From Candidatus Cloacimonadales bacterium (GTDB lineage: Bacteria > Cloacimonadota > Cloacimonadia > Cloacimonadales > JAIOQZ01), in NCBI GenBank assembly GCA_963662655.2, contig CAXXTU010000002.1:2080001-2144000 (forward strand): 64,000 nucleotides of DNA, given 5' to 3'. The notes below the pieces were generated by a model, which worked only from the letters and a program-made list of their open reading frames with translations, was not told the DNA's origin and ran no database searches. Shown here piece after piece: positions 47,231-57,548 of the stretch (within the stretch, counting starts at the first letter, position 1; each line of letters starts with the position of its first letter). A program made the translations under genes and the position numbers.

Positions 47231-50200
47231 ATGAAGAGACTTACCGGGGGGAGAAGTATCAGAGCATACTTCATATTCTCAATCCTACTGATTTTCAGTA
47301 TGTTATCGGCCTACGAACTTGAACTTGGAAATCCTGAGAACGTACCATTGTTTTCTTGCAGTGAATCGAACGACGCTTTTACGGAATTCACTTTCACCCT
47401 TGATGGTATCGAGGTGACCGAGGAAGTCGTAAACGGAATGATTTTCCAGCACTTAGAACACAGTAAAGCAGCCTACACACTCGATGCGGGAATGCCTGAA
47501 TTCCCAGTTTTCGGTACAATGATTGCAATTCCCGACCTCGGAAACGTGTCGTTCGAAATTGTAAACCAGATTTACCGTAGATTCAATGACTTTTATATAT
47601 ATCCGTCGCAAGGCGTGACCCTCGAAGGTAATCCCCACGAATTCCATTACAATGAAAGTTACTATGGCGGAAAAGGCACCTATGACCTTCAGCCGGTGCT
47701 GGTTGGAGAACCTGCCATCATGCGCGACTGGCGTACCGTTCCGGTCAACATTCAACCCGTGAAATGGGATGTCAAGACAGGAGAACTTCAAGTCATCACA
47801 AAATTGACGGTTCGTCTGAACTACTCCAGCGAACCGAGCATCAATGAACTCGATCGCAGCCAGAGAAAGCTCTCCAGAAGCTTCGAAGCGCTTTACGAAG
47901 GATCCATCCTCAACTACAGCCTGATTCGCGACGAAGACCCCGAGTATCAAACTCGTAGCATCCTCGTGATCCACCCAAACGTAACCGAAGTTACGGAGCA
48001 GGTAACCAGCTTCGCGAATTGGAAACGCCAGAAAGGATTTAAAATCACCACGGCTAGCACATCCCAAACCGGAACCAGCAACAGCTCGGTCAAAAGCTAC
48101 ATCCAGAGCATGTACGACGATGAAGAAGATCGTCCTGAATACGTTGTTATCGTTGGCGACGTCAGCGGTTCCATCGGCATTCCGACCTGGATTGAGAACT
48201 ACAGCTACTACAACGGCGAGGGCGACCACCCCTACACGCTGCTCGATGGTAACGACTACCTCAGCGACGTGTTTATCGGCCGCATTTCCGTTTCCACAGT
48301 AACGGAATTGATGACCTTCCTCTCCAAGATGAATATCTACGAACGCAATGTCAACATCGCCGCGCCCGAGCGGTTCCATCGCAGTCTCCTTGTCGGCGAT
48401 ACGAGTCCTTCAGGCTTCTCATGCATTGTTACCAACAAATACGTGAAAGATCAAATCCTTTCGAAGGATCCGGAACACACGTTTACCGAGCTCTATGCCG
48501 CTGACCCAAGCCCGAATGATATGGATACCGCGATCAATGCTGGCGTCCTCTTCTTCAACTACCGCGGCTGGATCGGTATGAGCGGCTGGACCACAAGTAA
48601 TATATCAGGGCTCTCGAATATTAGCAAAATCTGTAATGCAACGATCATCACCTGCGATACGGGTTCTTTCAGCGGCACTGCTCGAACAGAAGCCTTTATC
48701 CGCGCCGGATCGCCATCCGCACCCAAAGGCGCAGTTTCTGCTATAGGTATGGCTACATCCGGTACGCACACCCAGTTCAACAACATGCTCGACGGCGGTA
48801 TCTACCACGGACTTCAATCCCTGGGCATGCGCACGATGGGTGAAGCGGTCAACAACGCAAAGGTCGAGTTCTATGTGGCGTACTACAATATTGCCCAGAA
48901 CTACGTGAACATGTTCACACACTGGTTCAACCAGATGGGTGATCCCACGATGGATGTTTGGGTTAATATGCCGCTTGAAATGAATGTTTCATACGACGAC
49001 AACCTGCCCTTCGGACAGGATTACATCGAAGTCAACGTTACCGACGACGATAGCTACCCTATCGAAAACGCCTGGGTAACGGCACGCAAAGGAAATGACG
49101 AAATATTCGCGTCAGGCTACACCGACAATATCGGTAACATCGTTCTACAATTCGATGGCGAAAACGCAGGCGATGTCGATCTCACCGTTACAAAACCCGA
49201 CTACATTCCTCACCTCGGCGAGTTTACAATCAGCTCCACAGGCGGAATCGCATATTACTCCATGAACATTGACGATGACAACGGCGGAAACTCGAGCGGA
49301 AACGGAAATGGAAATGTAGAACCGGGCGAAACGATCGAATTGATCGTCAATCTGAAAAACTATGATTCAAGCAGCTATTCGAACGTCAGCGCAGAGCTGA
49401 TCGCGAACGATCCATACGTGGAAATCACAACCGCTGACGGCGACTATGGAACGATGTCCGCCGGTGGAACGGCTGAAGTAAGCCAGGCTTACGTCTTCAC
49501 CGTTAGCCCCGACGCTCCGGACAACCATCAGTTCCAGTTCCTTCTGGACATCGAAGACGGAAGCACGAACGACTGGACCGGACGCCTTTGGATCACAATT
49601 GCCGGTAACGATATCGATATCCAGTCGCTGAGCGTCATAGACGGCAATAACACCATGGACCCGGGTGACACGGTTCAGCTCCGCTTCACCATCGTCAACA
49701 ACGGCCAGACCGATCTCGACGATGTTTGGGGCGAACTCCGCTCCCTCAACGGTCTTGTGGGCGTTAACGACTCCATCGGATACTTCGGTAGCATCAGTGC
49801 GGGACAAACAGCAACCTGCACCACAGATAACTACGAAGTCTACTCCATGGCACAGATACTTCCCGGCATGCAGATCCCGCTCGAACTGGTTCTCTACAAC
49901 ACGGATGGATACGAAGAGGAAGAAATCGCAAAACTTCCCATCGGTAATGTAACGGTTACCGACCCGCTTGGACCGGATGCTTACGGATACGTTTGCTACG
50001 ACTCCAACGATTCCGATTACGCGGATGCCCCCGAGTACGACTGGATCGAGATCAATCCTTCCAACGGCGGTCAGGGAACGAGCGCCGGCGTTGGCGATTC
50101 CAGCATCGAAAGCGGAACCATCAATTTCTTCGATCTGCCGTTTACCTTCACCTTCTACGGAGAAGAATACGATAACATCGGTATCTGCTCGAACGGATAT

Positions 50201-52744
50201 GTAACATTCGGATATCCCGAATCGGAAAACGTTTCCTTCCGTAACTGGCAGATCCCCGGCGCAATGGGACCAAGCCCCATGATCGCCGGACTCTGGGAAG
50301 ACCTCACTTCGAACAGCGGAGGCGTCTACTACTGGTTCGATGAAGAATCGGCTCAACCCGCATTTATCATTGAATATGACAACTGCCAGCTCGCCTCGGG
50401 CGGAAACGTCACATTCGAAATCATTCTCTACAATCCCGAGCACAACGCCACACCGCAAGGTGACGGTCTGATCAAGATTCAATATCAGGAATTCGAAAAT
50501 ACGGATTCTTACAACGAAGCCAGCGGCCCTCAAGGCAACTATTGTACGATCGGTATCGAAGATCATACAGGAACCGTCGGGCTTCAATACACATACGAAA
50601 ACGATTACCCTGCCGGAGCGATGCCACTTGCCGACAACACGGCAATCCTCTTCTCAGGCATTCCGATCATCTACCCGGATTCATTCCTCATGCTCGGTGA
50701 CATCATCGTTCACGATGAAAACGGAAGCGGCATTATCGACGCCGGCGAATCCGTTGATCTCGGCGTATTCATGCAGAACGTCGGCCTGACGGAAACCAGC
50801 GGCGCTTTCGCAACGCTCAGCTGTTACGATCCCTACGTTACCGTTACGGCAGACACCTCCTCCTACCAGTCGATTGGAAGCGGACAATCCGCTACAAACA
50901 CGCATTTCTTCTCGTTCTCGACCCTTCCGCAAACGCCGGACAACCACGTTATCACATTCGAAATGAACATCGAGAACAGCGATGGCGATTGGGATTACAT
51001 GTTCACAGCAGTAGTGCGCAGATCTTCGGTACACGTGATCTCTTCCATGATCAACGACATCGACGAGAACAACAACGGCGTGATGGACCCGGGCGAGACG
51101 GCGAAGCTGATTATCAACCTGGGTAACGACTCCGATTCACCGGCTTATGACGTTAGTGCGGCTCTGAGTACGGACAGCGAGTACGTGACGATCGGGACTT
51201 CCGAAGTCGTGTACGGCGACATTATGCCAGGCCATAACATGCAGAAGGTATTCATGATCACGGTTAGCGAAGACGCGGTAACTCCGGGCTCGGCTGACTT
51301 CGATCTGGAAATCGAGCACATGTATACCGAGCCTTCGATCTACTCCTTCCCAATGGGTATCGGCGACTGGGGATTCCAGGAAAGCTTCGAGACGGACAAC
51401 GGCGGATTCTATTCCTATGCCGGCTGGCAATACGGTATTCCTTCCGTCGGGGCGCATTCCGGCGACAAGTGCTGGGCGACTCACATCGCGGCGAACTATG
51501 GTAACAACGTTAGCTGGTACCTCAACACGCAGCGCTTCTTTATCGGAGACAACACCCAACTCACCTTCTGGCAGTATTTCGACACGGAAGCCGGATACGA
51601 CGGCGGTAACGTGAAGATATCCAACTCCAACGGCATCGCTTGGGATTTAATCTACCCGGTTGGCGGTTACAACACGAACAACATTTATAACGGAACCTCT
51701 GGCGTGGGCGGCGAGCCGGGATTTACCGGCGAGTCCGGCGGCTGGCAGCAGGTTACCTTCGATCTCTCGGAATACACCGGCAATGAAATCATTCTGCGCT
51801 GGCACTTCGGCACGAACAGCTCCACCGTCGACTACGGTTGGGCCATCGACGACGTGGTGGTATCCGGAGGTCAGGAACGCTCCGGAATCATCAACGGAAC
51901 GGTCTCGCTCAGCGATCCCTACGGTGACCTGGTACTTACGGAGATCACCGTTGGCGATTACACGACATTCCCGAACAACGAGGGTAATTACGAACTCTAC
52001 GTCCCGGGCGGTCTGTACGATCTCACCGCCACCCTTCCAGGATTCGAAATCGGTCTTTACGAAGACGTGACCATCGAGGCCGGACAGGAGTTCGAGGACT
52101 ACGATTTCGAACTCACCTATCTGTGCCCCCCAGCGGAATTGGACAAGAATCTCAACACATCCACCGGCGCTCTCGAGCTCTTCTGGGCCTACAACCCGCC
52201 GACAGTGGCTCGCGACAGCGGTCGCAAGCAGACTACGCTGGATCGTGACGAATTCATTCAGTTCAACATCTACAAGCAGACCGAGAGCGGATACTACGTG
52301 ATGGTGGACAGCACCGAATCGCAGGAATGGAACGACACCGTCGACATGCATCGCATTTATCGCTACTACGTGACCGCGCTGTACGACACCGGCGAAAGCC
52401 TTCCGTCCAACATCCTCGGCGTCAACATCAACACGAACGCAACCGGCGAAGAGGGCGTTATCGAGTTCACCAACAACCTGGAGAACAACTACCCGAATCC
52501 GTTCAACCCGGAAACGACCTTCGCGTTCTCCATTGCGGAACCCGGCAAGGTTAGCCTGCGGGTGTACAACGTGAGAGGCCAGTTGGTAAAAACCCTGACA
52601 AACGACCGACTGGATGCCGGACGCCACACCATTACGTGGAACGGTACGGCCAACACGGGCAAGCCGGTTTCTTCCGGTATTTACTTCTACCGCCTCGAAA
52701 CCGACAACTATACGAAAACACGCAAAGCGCTGCTCCTCAAGTAG
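47231..52744 (+). CDS. Gingipain-like C25 family protein with propeptide, Ig-like and carbohydrate-binding-like domains and FlgD-Ig C-terminal domain
   Basis: W.RQKGF, PEYVVIVGD, D.PY..LDG.DY..DVFIGR, NYRGWIG, TCDTG, MGDPT; C-terminal NYPNPFNPET..SSGIYFYRL..KALLLK. Confidence 0.9.
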   Translation: MKRLTGGRSIRAYFIFSILLIFSMLSAYELELGNPENVPLFSCSESNDAFTEFTFTLDGIEVTEEVVNGMIFQHLEHSKAAYTLDAGMPEFPVFGTMIAIPDLGNVSFEIVNQIYRRFNDFYIYPSQGVTLEGNPHEFHYNESYYGGKGTYDLQPVLVGEPAIMRDWRTVPVNIQPVKWDVKTGELQVITKLTVRLNYSSEPSINELDRSQRKLSRSFEALYEGSILNYSLIRDEDPEYQTRSILVIHPNVTEVTEQVTSFANWKRQKGFKITTASTSQTGTSNSSVKSYIQSMYDDEEDRPEYVVIVGDVSGSIGIPTWIENYSYYNGEGDHPYTLLDGNDYLSDVFIGRISVSTVTELMTFLSKMNIYERNVNIAAPERFHRSLLVGDTSPSGFSCIVTNKYVKDQILSKDPEHTFTELYAADPSPNDMDTAINAGVLFFNYRGWIGMSGWTTSNISGLSNISKICNATIITCDTGSFSGTARTEAFIRAGSPSAPKGAVSAIGMATSGTHTQFNNMLDGGIYHGLQSLGMRTMGEAVNNAKVEFYVAYYNIAQNYVNMFTHWFNQMGDPTMDVWVNMPLEMNVSYDDNLPFGQDYIEVNVTDDDSYPIENAWVTARKGNDEIFASGYTDNIGNIVLQFDGENAGDVDLTVTKPDYIPHLGEFTISSTGGIAYYSMNIDDDNGGNSSGNGNGNVEPGETIELIVNLKNYDSSSYSNVSAELIANDPYVEITTADGDYGTMSAGGTAEVSQAYVFTVSPDAPDNHQFQFLLDIEDGSTNDWTGRLWITIAGNDIDIQSLSVIDGNNTMDPGDTVQLRFTIVNNGQTDLDDVWGELRSLNGLVGVNDSIGYFGSISAGQTATCTTDNYEVYSMAQILPGMQIPLELVLYNTDGYEEEEIAKLPIGNVTVTDPLGPDAYGYVCYDSNDSDYADAPEYDWIEINPSNGGQGTSAGVGDSSIESGTINFFDLPFTFTFYGEEYDNIGICSNGYVTFGYPESENVSFRNWQIPGAMGPSPMIAGLWEDLTSNSGGVYYWFDEESAQPAFIIEYDNCQLASGGNVTFEIILYNPEHNATPQGDGLIKIQYQEFENTDSYNEASGPQGNYCTIGIEDHTGTVGLQYTYENDYPAGAMPLADNTAILFSGIPIIYPDSFLMLGDIIVHDENGSGIIDAGESVDLGVFMQNVGLTETSGAFATLSCYDPYVTVTADTSSYQSIGSGQSATNTHFFSFSTLPQTPDNHVITFEMNIENSDGDWDYMFTAVVRRSSVHVISSMINDIDENNNGVMDPGETAKLIINLGNDSDSPAYDVSAALSTDSEYVTIGTSEVVYGDIMPGHNMQKVFMITVSEDAVTPGSADFDLEIEHMYTEPSIYSFPMGIGDWGFQESFETDNGGFYSYAGWQYGIPSVGAHSGDKCWATHIAANYGNNVSWYLNTQRFFIGDNTQLTFWQYFDTEAGYDGGNVKISNSNGIAWDLIYPVGGYNTNNIYNGTSGVGGEPGFTGESGGWQQVTFDLSEYTGNEIILRWHFGTNSSTVDYGWAIDDVVVSGGQERSGIINGTVSLSDPYGDLVLTEITVGDYTTFPNNEGNYELYVPGGLYDLTATLPGFEIGLYEDVTIEAGQEFEDYDFELTYLCPPAELDKNLNTSTGALELFWAYNPPTVARDSGRKQTTLDRDEFIQFNIYKQTESGYYVMVDSTESQEWNDTVDMHRIYRYYVTALYDTGESLPSNILGVNINTNATGEEGVIEFTNNLENNYPNPFNPETTFAFSIAEPGKVSLRVYNVRGQLVKTLTNDRLDAGRHTITWNGTANTGKPVSSGIYFYRLETDNYTKTRKALLLK

Positions 52745-52763
52745 CCGCTACGCAATATATCGC

Positions 52764-52797
52764 AACGCCGCCCCCAGAAATGGAGGCGGCGTTTTTT
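52764..52797 (+). terminator. Intrinsic terminator
   Basis: AACGCCGCC..GGCGGCGTT followed by TTTT. Confidence 0.8.
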
Positions 52798-52804
52798 CTG
52801 CATT

Positions 52805-52866
52805 TATGTCACCCTGAGCTGTGTGTTTTACGAGGAAAAACACGAATCCTCATAGAATCGAAGGGG
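52805..52866 (+). repeat. GTCACCCTGAGC..TCGAAGGG-type repeat, long form (family C)
   Basis: 15-bp perfect inverted match to 54045-54059; full-length inverted homologue at 55299-55364. Confidence 0.8.
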
Positions 52867-52974
52867 CCTTTCCATGATATGCAGATACCCAATGTCTCTA
52901 TTTGATCTTCTTTCTTGACATTTCTTATGAATAGCAAGCACTTTTGCTTTGTATATTAATTGATGGAGGTAAAT

Positions 52975-54021
52975 ATGGCAACCAGCGAGGCGAAATGCCC
53001 TGTTTGTGGGCAAGAAGCAGAAATCCTGAACCCCGGTAATAATAATTATAGAAATGCAACAAAATATCACTGCGAGTTGTGTGGGTATTTCATGATTACT
53101 GATGATAATGGATTGCTTACGGAGATTGAGAACAACATAGGAAAAAATCATGAACTGATTTTTGCACTCAGAAAACACAGTTCAAAAGATAATATTGTCC
53201 AAATTAGTTCGAGTGAAGATTTTGATAGGCTAATTAGTGAAACTCAATTCCCTCAAACTTGGAAGGAAAAGGAGAAACTATTAGCGTTTTACGTATATGA
53301 TCGCATGGGAAAGAAAAATGGGGATGTTTTTATAGATAAAGCAACTTGTGCAGTGATGGGGGTTTCTGATCAACTTGAGTTCCGAAAGTATAGACAAAAC
53401 ATAATTAACAGCCCTTTATTTAACAAGCAGAAAACCCTGTTAGCAAACGCGACTATTGGACTTACCCTTTCAACTTATGGAATTAATTATATTGAATCTA
53501 TACTGTATCCTGAAGAACCTCAAGAGGAAAAAACAATGTCTATCACGCAAAAAAAACAATGGAAAAAAGCCTGCTTCCTTGTACATGGACGGGATGATGC
53601 TTTTAAAAATAAAGTAGCACGATATATAGAGAAAAACTATAATCTAGATGTTATTATTCTCCATGAACGACCTAATGCCGGACGCACTATTTTGGAGAAG
53701 TTTGAAGCACATTCCTCGGATGATGTCATCGACTTTGCGTTATGTCTCTACACGCCCGATGATATTGGATGCCTGGCTGGAGATGCTTCCGATCCTGCAA
53801 GCATGAGTAAAAGAGCGAGACAGAACGTAATCTTTGAAGCAGGTTATTTCTTCGGAAAGCTTGGACGGAAAAGAACAATAATATTGAAAGCGCCAACTGT
53901 AGAAAACCCCTCCGACATTCATGGCTTGGGCTACATCGGCACTGAAGGACAGTGGACCACTGATCTTGATAAAGAAATCTCCGCCATCTACGGCGACGAT
54001 ATCAAAGACATCAGGAAGTAG
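52975..54021 (+). CDS. Zn-ribbon/wHTH plus CAP12/Pycsar-type TIR-domain protein (putative NADase defence effector)
   Basis: CPVC/CELC N-terminus; FLVHGRD, TILEKFE, YTPDD, RARQNVIFEAGYF, PSDI.G; AT-rich relative to neighbours; GGAGG RBS before ATG 52975. Confidence 0.85.
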   Translation: MATSEAKCPVCGQEAEILNPGNNNYRNATKYHCELCGYFMITDDNGLLTEIENNIGKNHELIFALRKHSSKDNIVQISSSEDFDRLISETQFPQTWKEKEKLLAFYVYDRMGKKNGDVFIDKATCAVMGVSDQLEFRKYRQNIINSPLFNKQKTLLANATIGLTLSTYGINYIESILYPEEPQEEKTMSITQKKQWKKACFLVHGRDDAFKNKVARYIEKNYNLDVIILHERPNAGRTILEKFEAHSSDDVIDFALCLYTPDDIGCLAGDASDPASMSKRARQNVIFEAGYFFGKLGRKRTIILKAPTVENPSDIHGLGYIGTEGQWTTDLDKEISAIYGDDIKDIRK

Positions 54022-54032
54022 TGCCGCATTTA

Positions 54033-54059
54033 CCCTTCGACTTCGCTCAGGGTGACATA
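54033..54059 (-). repeat. Family C repeat, short form
   Basis: Minus strand TATGTCACCCTGAGCGAAGTCGAAGGG. Confidence 0.8.
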
Positions 54060-54115
54060 CAAAAATCCCCTCCTTGCTCTCACAAAGAGGGGCAAATAAA
54101 GATGAATTTATATCC

Positions 54116-55210
54116 CTACTCCCTCAGCAGATTCAGCAATTCCCTCACCGCCTGGGTAACGGGCAAATCCCCGCCCACAATCCGCTGCTCGATGTCGGGC
54201 AGAACGGCCTTGATATTGGGATCGTTGTAAAACTTGTTCAGAAGCGCTTCCTTGATCATGGCGTGCATCCAGTCCTTGGACTGCTGCCTTCTGCGCGCGT
54301 CGAAGATGCCGCTTTGGGTGGTTGTGTCGCGGAATTTGGCGATGAGTTCCCACATCTCGGTAATACCGGAACCGTCGAGCGCTGAGCATGTCACGGAAGG
54401 CGTTTGCCAGCCCTTGGTGGCGGGATTGATGTAGTGGAGAACTTGTTCGATCTCGGCACGTGCGCGATTGGCTCGTTGCAGGTTGTCACCGTCCGCTTTG
54501 TTGATGACGATCGCGTCCGCCAGTTCCATCACGCCTTTCTTGATCCCCTGAAGCTCGTCGCCGGCCCCCGCGATCTTCATCAGCAGGAAGAAATCGACCA
54601 TGGAGCGCACGGTAATCTCGTTCTGCCCCACTCCGACCGTCTCGATGAGGATCACGTCGAATCCCGCCGCTTCGCAGACGAGGGTTGTTTCGCGCGTCTT
54701 GCGGGTGACGCCGCCCAGCTCTCCGCCGGATGGTGAAGGCCGTATAAAGCTGCTTCTCTCACGAGAGAGGAGTTCCATGCGGGTTTTATCGCCCAGGACG
54801 CTACCGCGCGAGATGCTGCTGGATGGATCGACCGCCAGAACGGCGACCTTGTGGCTCTGCTGGATCAGGTAGAGCCCAAACGCTTCGATGAAGGTACTCT
54901 TGCCGGCTCCCGGAACGCCAGTGATGCCGATGCGGATGGAGTTTCCGGAGGGCAGGCGACGCAGAAGTTCCTGCGCCTGATCGATGTGGCGGTTGCTCTC
55001 GATGAGGGTGATGGCGCGCGCGAGGGTGGTGCGGTCATCGGCCAGAACGCCTTCGACGTATTCGTCGATGGAGAGGTCGCGGCGCTTTCCTACGGGCTTG
55101 ATGCGGCGGCTTCTGTGATGGGGGTTATCGACGCCCTTCATCACCGATGTGGTGAATTCGCTTCCGGCGTCTTCCGGCACCCATTCGGGTCGTTTCTTGT
55201 CTTGAGGCAT
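54116..55210 (-). CDS. meaB: Methylmalonyl-CoA mutase-associated GTPase MeaB
   Basis: LARAITLIES, GITGVPGAGKST, AVDPSS..GS.LGDKTRM, ETVGVGQ, GDELQGIKKG, NKAD. Confidence 0.96.
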   Translation of the reverse strand: MPQDKKRPEWVPEDAGSEFTTSVMKGVDNPHHRSRRIKPVGKRRDLSIDEYVEGVLADDRTTLARAITLIESNRHIDQAQELLRRLPSGNSIRIGITGVPGAGKSTFIEAFGLYLIQQSHKVAVLAVDPSSSISRGSVLGDKTRMELLSRERSSFIRPSPSGGELGGVTRKTRETTLVCEAAGFDVILIETVGVGQNEITVRSMVDFFLLMKIAGAGDELQGIKKGVMELADAIVINKADGDNLQRANRARAEIEQVLHYINPATKGWQTPSVTCSALDGSGITEMWELIAKFRDTTTQSGIFDARRRQQSKDWMHAMIKEALLNKFYNDPNIKAVLPDIEQRIVGGDLPVTQAVRELLNLLRE

Positions 55211-55229
55211 GCGTATTCCTTAAAGGGAA

Positions 55230-55255
55230 AGGGCAGGCACGGTGACCTGCCCTAC
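55230..55255 (-). repeat. GTAG-type REP-like palindrome
   Basis: Minus strand GTAGGGCAGG-tcaccgtg-CCTGCCCT. Confidence 0.5.
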
Positions 55256-55298
55256 AATATTCTATTGAACTTCGATTGGGTTTAGCGAACATTCATGT

Positions 55299-55364
55299 GC
55301 CCCTTTGACTCTATGAGGATTCGCGTTTTTCTTCGCAAAACCCACAGCTCAGAGTGGCACAGAT
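55299..55364 (-). repeat. Family C repeat, long form
   Basis: Reverse complement aligns over about 62 nt with 52805-52866. Confidence 0.8.
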
Positions 55365-55379
55365 CGATGAAGTTCGTTG

Positions 55380-57548
55380 TTAGCCCAATCTCTTCTCGAG
55401 TTCTTCGAGCATCTTCTTCGCCGCGTCCGGAAGGACGGTTCCGGGTCCGAAGATAGCAGCCGCGCCGTGCTCGTAGAGGTAGTCGTAATCCTGTGCCGGG
55501 ATAACGCCGCCGCAGACGATCATGATGTCGCCGCGCCCGAGTTTTTCCAGCTCTTCCACGAGCTGCGGAAGCAAAGTCTTGTGTCCACCGGCGAGCGAGC
55601 TCATGCCGATGACGTGGACGTCGTTCTCGACTGCCTGACGCGCGGTTTCTTCCGGGGTCTGGAAGAGTGGTCCGACGTCGACATCGAATCCCATATCGGC
55701 GTATGCGGTGGATACCACCTTCATGCCGCGGTCGTGTCCGTCCTGGCCCATCTTCGCCATGAGGATGCGCGGACGGCGGCCTTCGTTCTCGGCGAATTCG
55801 TCGGTCATCCTGCGGACTTCTTCCACCGCCGCTTCTTCCGCGAACTCGCTGCTATAGACGCCGGATACGATCTTGGTCACAGCTTTATGTCTCCCATATA
55901 CTTTTTCCAGTGCGTCGGAAATCTCGCCCAGCGATGCGCGCAGTCTTGCTGCTTCGACGGAGAGCGCAAGCAGATTGCCTTCGCCGCTGTCGGCAGCGTT
56001 GGTCAGGGCTGCGAGTACCGCTTCAACCTTCTTGTTGTCGCGGTTCGCCTTGAGCTGTTCGAGGCGCTTGAGCTGCGCCTGACGCACGGAAGTGTTGTCA
56101 ACTTCGAGAATCTCGATCGGTTCTTCCTTGTCGAGACGATACTTGTTTACGCCGACGATGGTCTCCCGCTTCGAATCGATATGCGCCTGGCGACGTGCAG
56201 CGGCTTCCTCGATGCGGAGTTTCGGGATACCTTCGTTGATGGCCTTTGTCATGCCGCCCAGCGATTCGACCTCTTTGAGGTGTTCCCATCCACGCTTGAT
56301 CAGTTCGCCCGTGAGCGCTTCCACGTAGTAGGAGCCGCCCCAGGGATCGACCACGTCGCAGATACCCGTTTCATGCTGGAGGTAGAGCTGGGTGTTTCTC
56401 GCGATGCGAGCCGAGAAGTCGGTGGGCAGCGCGATGGCTTCGTCCAGCGAGTTGGTGTGCAGCGACTGGGTGTGACCGAGCGCTGCGGCCATTGCTTCTA
56501 CGCAGGTGCGGACAACGTTGTTGAACGGGTCCTGCTCTGTAAGCGACCAGCCGGATGTCTGGCTGTGGGTTCTGAGCGCCATGGATTTGGGATCTTTCGG
56601 GTTGAACTGCTTGATCAGGTTTGCCCAGATCACGCGCGCCGCGCGCATCTTGGCGATCTCCATGAAGTAGTTCATGCCGATGCCCCAGAAGAACGACAGC
56701 CGTGGCGCGAACGCGTCCACGTCGATACCGGCCTTGAGACCGGTGCGCACGTATTCGAGACCGTCCGCGAGGGTGTATGCCATCTCCAGATCGGCAGTCG
56801 CGCCGGCTTCCTGCATGTGGTAGCCGCTGATGCTGATGCTGTTGAACTTGGGCATGTTTTCCGAGGTGAAGCGGAAGATGTCCGCGATGATGCGCATGGA
56901 AGGTTCCGGCGGGTAGATGTAGGTGTTGCGCACCATGTATTCTTTCAGGATATCGTTCTGGATGGTACCGGTGAGTTTGTCGAGCGATACGCCCTGCTCC
57001 TCGGCGGCGACGATGTAGAACGCCATCACCGGCAGAACTGCGCCGTTCATGGTCATGGAGACAGACATCTTGTCCAGCGGAATGCCGTCGAAGAGGATCT
57101 TCATGTCTAGAATCGAATCGACCGCCACGCCTGCCTTACCGACGTCGCCCACCACGCGGGGATGATCGGAATCGTAACCGCGATGGGTCGCAAGGTCGAA
57201 CGCGATGGAAAGACCGCGCTGTCCCTGCGCCAGGTTACGTTTGTAGAAGGCATTGGATTCTTCCGCGGTGGAGAATCCGGCGTACTGCCGCACCGTCCAC
57301 GGACGCATGGCGTACATGGTTGCATAAGGTCCCCTGAGGAACGGCGGAATCCCGGCGGTGAAGCCAAGATGGTTGTATTCTTTGAGGTCCTCAGCCGTGT
57401 AGAGCGGCTTGACCGGAATTTGTTCGTTGGTTTGCCAGAGCGCTTCGCCCGGCGTCTTGCCCGTGGCTTTCTTGAAGGCCGCTTCCCACTCGCGGAAGCT
57501 GCCCGATGGCTTCATTTCGAGGTTGTGTTTGTTAAAAACTGGTCTCAT
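55380..57548 (-). CDS. mutB: Methylmalonyl-CoA mutase, large catalytic subunit
   Basis: [48 protein letters not shown]12-binding motif. Confidence 0.97.
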   Translation of the reverse strand: MRPVFNKHNLEMKPSGSFREWEAAFKKATGKTPGEALWQTNEQIPVKPLYTAEDLKEYNHLGFTAGIPPFLRGPYATMYAMRPWTVRQYAGFSTAEESNAFYKRNLAQGQRGLSIAFDLATHRGYDSDHPRVVGDVGKAGVAVDSILDMKILFDGIPLDKMSVSMTMNGAVLPVMAFYIVAAEEQGVSLDKLTGTIQNDILKEYMVRNTYIYPPEPSMRIIADIFRFTSENMPKFNSISISGYHMQEAGATADLEMAYTLADGLEYVRTGLKAGIDVDAFAPRLSFFWGIGMNYFMEIAKMRAARVIWANLIKQFNPKDPKSMALRTHSQTSGWSLTEQDPFNNVVRTCVEAMAAALGHTQSLHTNSLDEAIALPTDFSARIARNTQLYLQHETGICDVVDPWGGSYYVEALTGELIKRGWEHLKEVESLGGMTKAINEGIPKLRIEEAAARRQAHIDSKRETIVGVNKYRLDKEEPIEILEVDNTSVRQAQLKRLEQLKANRDNKKVEAVLAALTNAADSGEGNLLALSVEAARLRASLGEISDALEKVYGRHKAVTKIVSGVYSSEFAEEAAVEEVRRMTDEFAENEGRRPRILMAKMGQDGHDRGMKVVSTAYADMGFDVDVGPLFQTPEETARQAVENDVHVIGMSSLAGGHKTLLPQLVEELEKLGRGDIMIVCGGVIPAQDYDYLYEHGAAAIFGPGTVLPDAAKKMLEELEKRLG

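Noticed and set aside
55377..57110. 577-aa plus-strand ORF
   Set aside because: Antisense shadow of the highly conserved mutB
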